Shown in pieces: positions 1-13,150 of a stretch of 64,000 nt of DNA (positions within the stretch are counted from its first letter, which is position 1; the number at the start of each line of letters is the position of its first letter). The position numbers and the translations under genes were made by a program. The notes beneath the pieces are model-generated. The model ran no database searches. It was not told the DNA's origin and was given only the letters and a program-made list of their open reading frames with translations. This DNA comes from Octopus bimaculoides (Eukaryota): the NCBI RefSeq assembly GCF_001194135.2, contig NC_068987.1, positions 69,894,236 through 69,958,235 on the forward strand. The letters are read 5' to 3'.

Positions 1-46
<46 letters not shown>
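1..46. repeat. (TG)n microsatellite
   Basis: Direct reading. Confidence 0.95.
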
Positions 47-52
<6 letters not shown>

Positions 53-420
53 TATGCACAAAACCAACCGCTTGCATATAAACTTTCTTAAAAAGGGAGA
101 AACAGACAGACAGAGGGTATGATATACGTTTTCTACACTAATTCGCAAACAATATTTTCTTATATCGTTTTTTAAATTTTTTATCCATGATACCTACGCA
201 CAGTGGCAAAAATAAGCGCACATAGATACGCATATAACAACATATATGCTAACAAAGAGGTATATACACATACACATAGGCACACAAACACACATACATA
301 TAGAAAACTACGCACATTTTTTTTCCATTTCTAGATACAAATGCACAACGTGTATGTGTACGTATATATGCATCTGCATGTATGCATGCACACACACACA
401 CACACACACANNNNNNNNNN

Positions 421-459
<39 letters not shown>

Positions 460-3228
460 TGTGCATGTATGTGTGTGTGTATACATACGCACACACACAC
501 ACACACACACACATATTTATATATATATATACGTATACTTTAGTATATATTCATGTATTTGTCTGCGTGAATGTGTACATGTATATGCTTGTTTGTCTTT
601 ATGCATAAGCAAAATCTTGTTACTCTCCCTATCTTACGAAAATAGTCACCTTTTAACATTTGTTTGGACATTAACTCCGCAGTTCCGTTATTGTACGTGT
701 TACTGTATGGTTGTAACGAACCCAAGTCTTGCTTATACCTAAGGAAATGATTTCCTTCTCTTCAAATCTTTCATCATTCTCTTCTTACTTTTATTTCTCA
801 GTAAACACATCCTCATATCTACACATGGAATGAAAATACGATTCTGTGACGTTCATATTTTCCCGTAAGTTATTCATGACGTAAGATAAAATGAAAGGAA
901 TGCCTACAACTGGGAATCGAAACCTAGATGTATACTCGGCTCAGTGGGATATTACCTCTACATAACATTATGGCGATAGACACTTCTTTTCCTCGTCAAT
1001 CCTTCAATTCATTCTCCTTCACGTTTTCCCACTCCTACTTCAGTGTTGTGCCGTTAAACAGACTTGGCTGTCTCTAAAATCCAGCAGCCGTTCGTTCTTC
1101 CTCACTGCACTGTTTCAAAGGAAAACGACCGTCCTATTTCTTTCTTCTCGCAATGCACCTACCGCTAGCCACGCAGATTTTACTTCGTTGGCAATGGTCG
1201 TATAAATATTGATTTCTTTAATGTGAACAATGCTTCAGATTCGTAGTGAACTGCGAGCGGGAGCGGGTGTATACGATTGAGTGATGTTCATGCAGCTTTC
1301 GTCTGTATAATATTTTAATTATATTTCTAACTAAATATATATCCTGCACAGAGAGTGAGAAGGTGTGTTAGGATGTGAAGTTGTGACTTTCATGTGTTAG
1401 TTACAGGAATCTGCTCCCATTCTCCCCCATTGTTAAGATTACAGTACTATGGATATCAGTTTACTAGGCCAGTGGTGCAATTTTTACAGGAATGTATAAC
1501 CAGTCGGATACTGCAGTTTACCGATTCGTTATAATAGGAAATAGCCGACCAAACGTTCGCACCTCGATACAGTATGAGTTGTGTATTGATAATACTTTTA
1601 TCCTAGAAACGTCACAAACTAAATTTCTGTAAATATATACTACAGAATAAATTGATAATATATGTTGTGTCAGTACATAAAAGCTGAAAACAAGTATTTT
1701 GTTAGCTACCTGGTCTGTCATCAGGATTTCCTATGCTATCTTAGGAAGGAGTGGGGAAAAATCACCGAAGCGTATTTTCACTTGAATCTTGGTATAAAAA
1801 CATAGTTTTCAGTAAAACAACCATTAACACCGCTGTACAACGGAGATTAGTAACAAATATATTCATTCGACTCGTTAACGTTAGTGGATTATTAGTCCTT
1901 GTTTTATTCACACGTGCTAACACTGCAACAGCTTACTAAGTTAGTGGACTATTCACAGTAGTCTAAATCCTCAGAAATTTCTACACAAGTACCAGCTAAT
2001 ACATTTAATTTTTTAATAACTTATTCTGCTTAAAAGTATGTAAAGTACATTTCATGTACTAATATATCGAAATAAAAGAAAAATATTTACATAGATAAGA
2101 TAAAGAGGGTTGAATAAGGAGCGCCAAAACATTTCATGTTTAACCATTCCTGGTTTAGTACTTTAGTTATCTAAATTAAAATTTTGTAGGTGTTGTTTTC
2201 CAGCCGCCTCGGGAAGTTAAGGGAAGTCCATAAAAATACTATTCCGACCTTAGATGATTATATACTACGGCAATAATAATTTACGTAACGATTTCTCATG
2301 TAATTGCCTATGTATGTGTGTGTATACATACATGCATATATATATATANNNNNNNNNNNNNNNNNNNNNNNNNNNNNNNNNNNNNNNNNNNNNNNNNNNN
2401 NNNNNNNNNNNNNNNNNNNNNNNNNNNNNNNNNNNNNNNNNNNNNNNNNNNNNNNNNNNNNNNNNNNNNNNNNNNNNNNNNNNNNNNNNNNNNNNNNNNN
2501 NNNNNNNNNNNNATATAGATATATACATAAATATACACACACACAAATGCATATACATATATGCACACATATCTGTACATATATTTATATATGTATGTGT
2601 GTGTATGTACATATATGTTAACATACACATATACGCACATTTATAGGCATGAGTACATATACGCCTTTTTTTTTTTCGGGTGCGACGCCTTTAACAAAGC
2701 AAAAGTAATTTGTACATAATTAAAACAATTCAAATCTAAAATCGTACAAAAGGTTTATGATGTGTATGCCATACAAATCTTTTATACTTATTTATATAAC
2801 ATCATTTAATAAATAACTTTTGAGGTTTTTTAGGAATGTGAAAGAATCTCTTAGATATTCTTGTTCGCAGGTATAACCTAGCCTGTAGTAGTAGCACTTT
2901 TTACTGTCCCACCAATGAGTTAACTAGCACGTGAACTATTGGGTGTGAAAGACACCTAGTTTTTCGTCAGAACTTCCTTCTGCGAGATGTTAAGTTCATA
3001 TACATAAATCTGAAGTGTAGCTGGTTTTCGATTGTCTCAACCTCTGTTATGCCGCGAGTTTTATATCTGATTGTGCTGAAAAGTTGATTCTTTGCAGGGC
3101 AACACTTCATCCACTCAAAACAAATTCACCAACAAGAATTTCTTGGATTCTTCAAGCATTTTTATGGATTTACTGAGTTTAGGAAGCGGTCTCACTTGAC
3201 CACAAGATAACTTACATACACACACACA

Positions 3229-3260
<32 letters not shown>

Positions 3261-4560
3261 TTCCCTCTCGTTCATACACACACACACTCACTTATACACT
3301 CAAGCATACACACAGGCACTCACACACACATAAATGTCTGAAGAATTTCTAAAAAGAAATTCCACACATATCTATCTAACATGTAGACCTTTGTAATTCC
3401 TAATACCAAATGAAACACGTATAATGATGAATAAATAATACTAGCAACTGAGACTACATTTTGGATTGTAATAATAGAATAGACAGAGGAAACAGTTGGG
3501 ATTTACACTAACTACCAATATATATATATATATATATATANNNNNNNNNNNNNNNNNNNNNNNNNNNNNNNNNNNNNNNNNNNNNNNNNNNNNNNNNNNN
3601 NNNNNNNNNNNNNNNNNNNNNNNNNNNNNNNNNNNNNNNNNNNNNNNNNNNNNNNNNNNNNNNNNNNNNNNNNNNNNNNNNNNNNNNNNNNNNNNNNNNN
3701 NNNNNNNNNNNNNNNNNNNNNNNNNNNNNNNNNNNNNNNNNNNNNNNNNNNNNNNNNNNNNNNNNNNNNNNNNNNNNNNNNNNNNNNNNNNNNNNNNNNN
3801 NNNNNNNNNNNNNNNNNNNNNNNNNNNNNNNNNNNNNNNNNNNNNNNNNNNNNNNNNNNNNNNNNNNNNNNNNNNNNNNNNNNNNNNNNNNNNNNNNNNN
3901 NNNNNNNNNNNNNNNNNNNNNNNNNNNNNNNNNNNNTATATATATATATATATATATATATTAACCGAACGGGTAACTGGTTCGCTTTGCGATTGCTCTG
4001 TCCGGTGCTCGATTCTGCTGCCGTATATGTTAAAGCAATAATTTCGGCAGTTGTTTATTTCTATGGACTCGGGTGAGTGGACTTGTGAGTGAATCGTTGA
4101 CAGCACAATCGTTACCCACACTGTATTCCGCCGAATGTGGCTGTGAGTTAAGTTAAGGTACACTTATCGGTGATATGCTTACCAACTTAAACGGTGATTT
4201 AGTGAATCCCCACCTGTAATCGACTAAAGTGCTTCACCATACCTTATATCATATTATAGTATGGTACATTTGTTTTGGAATAATTGATCTCGAAGTAACA
4301 AAATGCTAAAAATAGCATCCTGTACATGTATAGACATGGTATAAATATATGTTATTTCATGAATATTACTCACACACTCACATGAATGCATATACGTATT
4401 TACCTATTCATGCAAGCATGTATATATATATATATATATATAGAATGGTTTATTAATACATATATTACACACACACACGCACACACGTGTGTATGTGTGT
4501 GTGTAAACTGAAGTAGAAGCTATATGTTATAATCACGGAAAATATTTTAAATTTTAAATT

Positions 4561-4750
4561 TTGGCACAAGGCCAGCAATTTGAGAGAGAAAGTAGGTCAA
4601 TTACGTCGATGCCAGTGCCTGACTGGTACTCATTTTATCGATCCCGGAAGGATGAAATACAAAGCTGACCTACGTGGAATTTGAACTCAAAGCGGGCGTC
4701 CGGTTAATAAGCATTTTGTCCGACGTGTTAACGATTCTGCCAGCTCGCCG
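4561..4750 (-). mobile_element. tRNA-derived SINE, working family A (diverged)
   Basis: Reverse complement starts ggcgagctggcagaatcgttaacacg (A-box-like), has gagttcaaattcc (B-box) and ends ggccttgtgccaaaattt. Homologous to many other copies in the window. Confidence 0.85.
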
Positions 4751-4769
4751 CATTAATCATGGATTATAT

Positions 4770-4975
4770 TCTTTTCTACTCTAGGCAAAAGGCCCGAAAT
4801 TTTGGGGGAGGGAGCAAGTCGATTAGATTGACTTCAGTACGCAATTGGTACTTAAATTATCGACCCCAAAAGGATGAAAGGCAAAGTCGAGCTCAGCGGA
4901 ATTTGAACTCAAATGTAAAGACAGACGAAATACTCGCTAAGCATTTTCGCCCGGCGTGCTAACGTTTCTGCCAGC
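4770..4975 (-). mobile_element. SINE family A, near full length
   Basis: Reverse complement reads gctggcagaaacgttagcacgccgggcgaaaatgcttagc...gagttcaaattcc...cctttcatccttttggggtcgat, with tail cctagagtagaaaagaat. Confidence 0.9.
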
Positions 4976-4989
4976 TTGTGGATAATATT

Positions 4990-5180
4990 GAGAAACGGTT
5001 AAAACAGTGAGTGCTAGAATGTTTTATCCGTCTTTACTTACTGAGTTCAAATTCCACTGAGGTGGACTTTGCTTTCATCCTTTCGGAGTTGATAAAATAA
5101 ATACCAGTTGTACTCTGGAGTTCATGTAGTCTAATTAAACCAGTCTCCAAAATTAGTGGATTTCTGGTAATATTTGAAAT
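4990..5180 (+). mobile_element. SINE family A (diverged), inverted relative to neighbours
   Basis: ctgagttcaaattccactgaggtggactttgctttcatcctttcggagttgataaaataataccagttg matches the family A core. Confidence 0.8.
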
Positions 5181-5299
5181 TGAGATTAAGGACATTTTTT
5201 TATCACAAAATAATGTAGTATCCAGTAAGGCTTAACTTTATGGTACAGGCAACATGTTAACTAGAATGTTCTATTACAAGCTTTTTATGACATGACATG

Positions 5300-5642
5300 T
5301 CATGTATGAATGTATGGATGTATGCATGTATGTATGTACGTATGTATGTATGCTTGTATGTGTGTATGTGTGTATGTGTGCATGTGTGTATGTATGTGTT
5401 TGTATGTATGGATGTTTGTTTGTGCGTATGTATGTGTGTATGTGTGCGTATGCATGTATAAGTGTATGTGTGTGTATGTATTTGTGTATGTGTGTATGTG
5501 TGTGTGTGTATATGTATGAATGTGTGTATGCGTGGGTGTGTCTATGTGTATGTATGTATGTATGTATGTATGTATGCATGTATGCATGTATGCATGCATG
5601 TATGTATGTATGTATGTGTGTGTGTATGTATGTATGTATGTT
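5300..5642. repeat. complex (TGTA)n/(TG)n/(TGCA) low-complexity tract
   Basis: Direct reading; it is the source of several spurious YVC/HTY ORFs. Confidence 0.95.
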
Positions 5643-6104
5643 ATAATAACAATAATAAAAATCAGTTCTGCTCATATGTACTTACTGATCTAAGGATGAT
5701 GAAACACAATTTAACTTATATTGGATTCGAACTCAGTGGCAAGGTATCCAAAACTCAATTTCACCTAGGGTTTTTATATACCGCTCTAGCAATTTTGACA
5801 ACACACACGCGCACACATACACACACAAACACACGCGTACACAAACAAACGCGTACACAACAAACGCGTACACTTTTCACAGGCACACACTTACATACAT
5901 TTTTTTTTAATAAATTTAAATGTGAACAAATGACAGAAAAAAAAAAAATCTATTTCCCATGGTATTTGAAAACGCGTTCTAACTTTTCGTAATTATGACT
6001 TTTAAATGTGGGAATTTAAAAACGATAGTGTTTCAGATATATTGTCGTTAAAATTTGTGTGAAACTCAGTAGCGTGGAGGTGAGAGAAAAGTGTGTGATG
6101 GAGT

Positions 6105-6105
<1 letters not shown>

Positions 6106-6171
<66 letters not shown>

Positions 6172-6270
6172 GGATAGAGAGAGTGGAGGGAGAGAGAAGA
6201 ACAGAGGAAGAAGAAGAGGGAGAGGAAGAAGAAAGAAGGAGAGAGAGAGAGAGAGAGAGAGGAAGAGAGT
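6106..6270. repeat. (GATA)n followed by a GA-rich tract
   Basis: Direct reading. Confidence 0.95.
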
Positions 6271-6774
6271 GAGAGTAAAGAAATTCTGAATAATTAAAAG
6301 AAAACAAACGAGTTTCACTTTACAAATTCATAACATTTGTGCACCGTACATTAACACTCAGTTACTACCATATTATAACTTGACAGATCTATTCATATCT
6401 TTTATTGACTCATCCCTAGTTACCCCAAGGAAACATCGTAACCGGAATTTTTTGTTCAAACAGTATTCAGAGTTGCATCCGGATTTCCTTGCAGAATTCG
6501 GTAGAACATTGTCGAGAAATGGCAACATCGTTTCTAAATGAGCAGCGGCGCTCACACATGCATACAAGCATACATGCATGGATACACATACACATACACG
6601 CACATATATGTCGCAAAACTCATAGTATTGCTAGAAAGTAATCTCATCACTACATCAATTAAATACAAACTCGCCTATATGTACATACACACACAAACAC
6701 ATACAACTATATTGTTACAAACAATCAATTACGCAACATAAGAATATCTTGAAATAAAAGATAGTATGAGAGAG

Positions 6775-6816
<42 letters not shown>

Positions 6817-8735
6817 NNNNNNNNNNGAAAGAGAGAGAGAGAGAGAGAGACTGTGAAGTAGGTATTAATGAGAAGACATAGAGATGTAATTGTAAACAGT
6901 GAGAAAAAGATCAACAATAAATCAAAAACTATATCAACATCACAACCACAATAAATCAAAACATCAACATTACATATCGTCTATTGACAATGCCAACATT
7001 AATAATTATAAGCAAAAAGTCGTCCATAATTACCTTTTCACGAGCTATTATCACTCATTTCTGTAATGCAAATATTTCATTACTTCTTTCGTTTGCTCTT
7101 TTATCTTGTTCCAGAAATATATATCTAAAGTAAAACAAAGTAGAAAGAGAAATATCAGGAAATATAAGGTGGCTGGGAGATGGGAATAAACAAAATTTAA
7201 ACAGCAGTCGCAGAAAAAATGTAAACAAATGACTCTATTTTGGTATTTTTTTTTATTATATAAATTATTTTTATCTGTTTGTGACACATAAACAAATGAA
7301 TGGAACGAGCAACTTAGGTTACATTTAATATACCAAAGCTGTCATACCTTTTCCATAACCGTCTTTATAACACTCACACATAAGGTGAGAAGCAAGGTAT
7401 TCAATCACGAATACCTTGCGGTATTAATGTCGGGCCGAGTTTTCTGTTTTTATCCAATTTTTATTCTGTATCTTATGGGAAGGATGGAATAAGTACCAAA
7501 TTATCTGCTTCCCTATTATCACGTAAAACGCTTGAAGGAGAGGTTTCCTAGCGTAGCTGCGGTCTTATCACTAAAACTGGTAAAAGAGACAAGAAATGCC
7601 GAAAGTCAGTGATTTTCTACGGCAAAATATACATTTAATTATATATAACTCAGTAAACAAAATAACTGACAGTTATGTAAATCAGAACATGAAAAACATA
7701 ACGCGATAAAATAAAACAATGAATATTTGAATGAACAAGAGTAACGCATTCATGTTTCTATGCTTATACACAACCATTGAATTGTAAAGGCAAAATGGCC
7801 TAAACTGGGAGAACGATTATTGATGACGACCTGAACCAACTCAGATCAATTGAAATTGATGGTAAATATTATATCATTTTGACTATTTCTGCCAACTTAC
7901 TATGTAACAGATGATTTTATCATTTACGAGTTATAATGCCATTTTCTTTTTTAATAAGTGAGGTGAACATTCTGCTGGATGGATTAATTCCAAGCTGAAA
8001 GCCGTTGGAATTTTGAACAGAGAAAATCAAGTCTAAATTTTAAATACTGCAGCGTAGTTACATGGACGCTACAGTTTTGTATATTCCCAAATGGAAAAAA
8101 AAAACTGTCCTTTTATATGCGATAGATTTCTAAATTACTGAAGAAAATGAGGATTTTTTCCTATTTTTTTTTATGGATGTCTATGGCTTTAACGGCATAA
8201 GTAAACCAAACCGTTTCAATTTTAAAATATAAATCTGCTTTTGAATCATTTCAGTTGCATGGAATTTATCTTCTCACTATCAAGTCCAATATATATTTTC
8301 TTCTGATGTGTAAATAACATCTTATATTATTCAGAATAAGAGGATACAAATAGCGGAAATAGTGATAATCATGCTTTTCCTATAGTTACATGGTTCACAA
8401 CAATGAACCATTTTCAATAAGATTACGGAATAGGCGATGAACTAGATTCAATAGAAACCTAGAAATATCACATATTATCCGTAATAGCAGATTTAATTCC
8501 ACAAATCAATCTTGTTATTTTTTCCATAACAAAAGAGATAAAGTTTATTATGATATAAATTAAGGAAATTTTGTTGAGATTTCATCATGAATTGCCTTGA
8601 ACTGGCAATCAAAACCAGGTCGAAAATCTGATCTGAGCTGACGTTGTTCTAATCAGTTTGTATTATTTCCCAATGTCAGGTCTGGTTTTAATCATTTGGT
8701 TATTCCCTATTATAGTGCTCACCATCATAACCAAT

Positions 8736-8748
8736 GTCGTCGTCGTCG

Positions 8749-8781
<33 letters not shown>

Positions 8782-8870
8782 CCATCACCATCACCATCAC
8801 CATCACTATAACTATCATTACTAACACCATCAACACCATCATCACCATCATCATCACCGCCATTACCACA
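8736..8870. repeat. compound (CGT)/(CAT)/(CACCAT) trinucleotide tract
   Basis: Direct reading. Confidence 0.95.
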
Positions 8871-8901
8871 ACTAATCAAGGAAAATAGCTTCACGTGGTT
8901 A

Positions 8902-9921
8902 GAAGGTGAGCTGAAAAGTTCATAGGGTGGCTATGAAGAAGTTAGGGAAGACCTGTGAAATCTTGCATGCGTTAATTTCAACTCTTCTTATGGATAAATG
9001 CACTGTTTCTTTCCAGGTAAACTGGCATCTGACAGTTTGAAAAGGGACTTCAGAAGTAACTATTAGTGGCTTCTCTAGAAAACGGACAAAATGTGGCAAG
9101 TAACTGCAGAAAAAGCGATTCAGTGGATCGTCGCAAGGACGTTCATGCTGACATAATTGCTACATTAGGGAATGACACTCAATCTTTATCATCAGTGCAA
9201 AAGTAGACCATTGAATTTAGGAGGCGAGGGAACGGTCTTGAAGCCGATCCATGGTCTAGACATCTGCCATTAGCGATAGCGAGGAAAACTTTGATCGTGT
9301 TCACCACAAGAGGATGGATGACATACGATTGATTATAATTCATATAGCCAATACTATTAGGCTATTCCGTGTGAGATTTGAGAATATTCTGCTCATTGAA
9401 CTTGGTATGATGAAGGCCTTTTGTTCGGTTGGTGCCACATCTTCTGAACACATCACGGGAAAAGGTGACATTGTTTAAGTCAGGTTCAATTGGTTTCCTT
9501 AAACATTTCTTAACACTGGACGAGTGTTGACTTCATCGCTTTCAAACATTGATAAAGAGACAATCCATGCAGTAAAACAACCCTTCTCACCTGCTCCAAA
9601 GAAGGCCAAGGACGTTTCATTTCCAAAGAAGATGATGGCTTCAGTTTTTTGGGTCACAAAAAGGCATAATCTTTATCTTCAAAAGGGCCATATCATCAAT
9701 GTGGTGTAATATGCCGTATTTTTGAGACAGTTACGATAGACTATAAGGTCAAATACCCCAAAACGGGCATCTTACCTGCTGTATGACGTTTTGACGAATA
9801 GGATGACAGCTTCTTCACCAATGGATCCTTATACCGCAAACCTAATGTTTAAAAATACATCTAATTTTGGTTATTTTCCATTACAGTATCTTGATCTGTC
9901 TATGAACTTTTCAGCTAATTC
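8902..9921 (+). mobile_element. mariner DNA transposon, internally deleted, pseudogenised transposase
   Basis: Both ends share the 17-bp inverted core agctgaaaagttcatag with flanking TA. Decayed motifs are ELGMMK..LVPHLL (WVPHLL-like) and KKMMASVFW..LQKGHIIN (ORF 9524..9709). It is colinear with 57762..59023 but lacks the YSPDLAP region. Confidence 0.88.
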
Positions 9922-10044
9922 TAATATTCATGAAGAGTTCAGTCCACCTCAGCAACTTTGTTTACTAGAAATAGTTGTTAATAACACAATTTCGCACGCT
10001 TTAAGCCTATCTCAGGACGGAAACGTCAGCAATCCATTTGTTAC

Positions 10045-10170
10045 AGGGAAGACAGTCGATTAGCAGATTCGCGAAATTGTCAGATAAAATAAGTTGTGAT
10101 ATTTGTTCTAACTCTCTGTGCTTTGAATTCAAACACAGTTCCAGTGTTTATGTTGCTCTCTTTCATTACG
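10045..10170 (+). mobile_element. SINE family A, highly degenerate 5' part
   Basis: cgattagcagattcgcgaaattgtcagataaaataagttgtgatatttgttct...tgaattcaaacac resembles the family A head and B-box. Confidence 0.45.
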
Positions 10171-10537
10171 GTAGTTTTACCTGAGTGATCCTCTTGATAA
10201 AGAACAAGCGTCTGTGCTCGCTATTATGTGGGCACTTTAAATCATTAGCGAAAGCATGCTGCCTACATACCTTAATGGCAAGTCATCATCGGCTGCAAAT
10301 GACGGCTGTAGATTTTAATATTGTTTACACTAATTACTGCTCTTATCTTGGTGATAGGATTTTTGTTATAACTGTTGTGACTATCATTTTGGGCTGACAT
10401 AGCACCAGATTTAATCTTTGACTTACATCCCTGTCGTCTTGATCATTTCAATTTTGATATAGACAATAACAACGGGAATATTAATAATATTATCGTTGTT
10501 ATTGTCAGTGTTCTTGACATTTTATAGCCATTGTTTC

Positions 10538-10704
10538 TGTTGTGTGGACGCCCCCCAGGCGAAGAAGTAGGATCTCCCAAGACATATAAATAGAGGTAGT
10601 CTGGTCGTGGTAGGTGTGTTGAGTAGCAGTCGAGTAGCAGTTGTGTAGCGGTTGAGTAGAGATCACCCGAAGGTGCTAGATAGCAGTAGCGTTGAGACAT
10701 AACA
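10538..10704. mobile_element. solo LTR (167 bp) with 5-bp TSD GTTTC
   Basis: Begins TGTTGTGT and ends ACATAACA (TG..CA, 7/8 terminal inverted repeat). It is flanked by GTTTC at 10533-10537 and 10705-10709, has an internal TATAAA at 10585, and is GC-richer than its flanks. Confidence 0.75.
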
Positions 10705-12044
10705 GTTTCTGAGATAATGAAAGCTCCTGATAATGATGATTTTGTTTAGGACCAGATCAGGGATGACTGCTTAAGTCTATAATCAAACCTATTCCATCCA
10801 TGACGACTTGACCGTCTCTCATGCATGTATATCTTAGACAATATATCTTAGACAATATATCTTATTAGTCTATCACATTTCAAGATGGCAGGAAATTTAT
10901 CTCCTGTGTTAGCAGATCAGATGACTACAACGAGATTATTGCTTCGGGTCATTTCTGACTGAACAGATCTTTGATCACATGTACATTATTTTCGGGGGTT
11001 GCTACGGATTTGTGACAGAACAATTAGACAAATGACGAAAGGAAAGACGATGATGTTTGTGCCTAGTAATATTCATGAGATACTTTAGTAACTAGACTGA
11101 TGTCATACTATTTGTCTCTTTCCTTCTTTGAACTTCGTTGTCAGTGGTGCTTACTGCATCTACTGTAAACAGGAGAGCAATTAGCCTTTGTTTTCTACGT
11201 ACGCCAACAAACACAACCAGTTTTATTTTCATTCGGGAAAAATATTATTAAAAACATTCAACAGAACGATCCTTCCTCGTAGCGAAATCCGCTGTTAAAG
11301 ATCCTTAAGCATTTCTCTAAAGAATAACAAACTGAATTATATTTTTTCTAAATTCTTGCTTTTTGTTCACTATTGCTTCAAAGAAAACTGAAATCAAAAG
11401 AAACATGTGCAGTCTGTTGAACAACAAAAACAACAAAATCAACAACAAAACAATAGCTGCAGCAGTAATAGCAAAAATATTATTTACAAAAATGCTTTCT
11501 TATATTGACTTGAAAAGAATCAAAATGGCCGAGTGGATAAGGCATAGAATGTATTGATAAGGAATTCAATGTATTTAGTTACTATTCACCACAGGCGTTC
11601 CTGAGTAAAAGTCACTTAACTCATCTAACTGTTAAGAATATTCACTAAATCGCCTGAAAACATATGTAGTAGATTTGTGGTAATAAGATTGACTGGCATG
11701 ATACCCTGACAGAAACTGTTTCACAAGCGATGGGTATAAACATCCATATTATGAGCTAGACCATTTAGCTCGAAGAACATTTGTCATTCCGTATCTTATG
11801 TACCAACTTTATTTGAAAAGAGAAACTGTGTCGCTCATGATTCATTTAACTGTATTACCAACGTTGAACAAAATTATTATCAATGTTGAAAATATTAATT
11901 CAAGAAAAATTGTAGTAGTTAAGATAGATCTCAGTACCTAATGATTAATATCAAATCTAATAAGATGGAAGTCAATTCCTGTGAAATTTCCTCGCAGAAA
12001 GTAAAGGGACGAGGTTTTTTTTAGTTCAGTGTTGATAACTTAAG

Positions 12045-12290
12045 TGGAGGAAAGGCTAATTAATTAAATCGGCAGCAATATTTTACTAGTACATTATTTC
12101 ATTGATCCCACAAAAGGATGAAAGTCAAAGTTGATCTCAGTATACTGCAAGGCATTCTCTCCAGCACACCTAGTAATTCTGCTAACCCACCGCCTTATAC
12201 TATATATATGTTCTATACACAAGCTGGGAGGCGGGTTAACTCGATTAAATTAGCTTAGTACCAGACTAAGCTGGATTTGAACTAAATAGT
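12045..12290 (-). mobile_element. two degenerate SINE family A remnants (about 12045-12194 and 12215-12290)
   Basis: aaaaggatgaaagtcaaagttgatctcag...aattctgctaacccaccgcc, then ggatttgaact (reverse B-box). Confidence 0.55.
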
Positions 12291-12354
12291 GATAGAGTTT
12301 ACAGTAGCTGTATCATTACTGATGCGGTAGGCATCATTGTTGAAGCAAGAATGG

Positions 12355-12523
12355 TTTCAAATTTTAGCACACGGCCAGCAGTGTTGAAGGGCGAGGGAAG
12401 TGGATTACATCGACTCCATTACTTAAGTAGTACTTATTTTATAGACCCCGAAATCGACGGAACTTAACATGAGAACTAAATGCTGCTGAGCATTTTGTCC
12501 GACGCGCTAACGACTCTGCCAGC
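12355..12523 (-). mobile_element. SINE family A (internally deleted)
   Basis: tttcaaattttagcacacggcc tail ... gcattttgtccgacgcgctaacgactctgccagc head. Confidence 0.8.
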
Positions 12524-12544
12524 GAATTTTGTTGAAATAATAAT

Positions 12545-12758
12545 GATCTTTTCTACTAAAGGTAGAAGGTCTGAAAGTTGTGGGAAGGGGACTTAGTCAA
12601 CTGCATCAACCCCAGTGTTTCATTGGCACTTAATTTACCGACTGCAAAAGGATGAAAGGGAAAGTAGACCTTGTCGGTATTTGAATTCGGAACGGAACGA
12701 CAGACGAAATACTGCTAAGCATATTACCCGGCGTGCTAACGATTCTGCCAGCTCGCCG
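12545..12758 (-). mobile_element. SINE family A, full length
   Basis: aaaaggatgaaagggaaagtagacc...gaattcggaacg...gctaagcatattacccggcgtgctaacgattctgccagctcgcc. Confidence 0.9.
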
Positions 12759-12765
12759 TCTTTGA

Positions 12766-12876
<111 letters not shown>

Positions 12877-13014
12877 AATAATCAAAAATCCTTGCAAACA
12901 TTAGTAGTAATTGGTGTTGAAAGATGAAAAAAGAAAACAAAACACAAAACATAAACGAATATATCAAATATAGATTTCTAGCATAGTCACAAATTCAGTT
13001 ATATATTTTTTTTT

Positions 13015-13150
13015 CAGCTGAAGTATCGATTCAATCCGATCCAGCATATGACCGTGGGATTTGATCTTAGAAAGATGTAAGTACATGGAGCGTACCAAAA
13101 CATCATAAAGCATACTGTCATACTTGCCGACAATTCTGCCCGTCAACCAC
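13015..13150 (-). mobile_element. SINE family A-like remnant
   Basis: Weak match ending tacttgccgacaattctgcccgtcaaccacc. Confidence 0.35.

Noticed and set aside
246-742. Long ORFs rich in Y/I/C/V/H/T here and throughout the window, including the 200-330 aa ORFs at 59234-61778
   Set aside because: These are translations of (TA)n/(CA)n/(CATA)n tracts or read-throughs of N-gaps, not genes.
2860-3200. Possible decayed Tc1/mariner coding remnant on the minus strand
   Set aside because: Only a vague LF.VDE-like patch, with no TIR or diagnostic motif.
7790-7870. Exon-like stretch TIIDDDLNQLRSIEIDG followed by GTAAAT
   Set aside because: There is an in-frame TAA just upstream, no usable acceptor and no recognisable protein.
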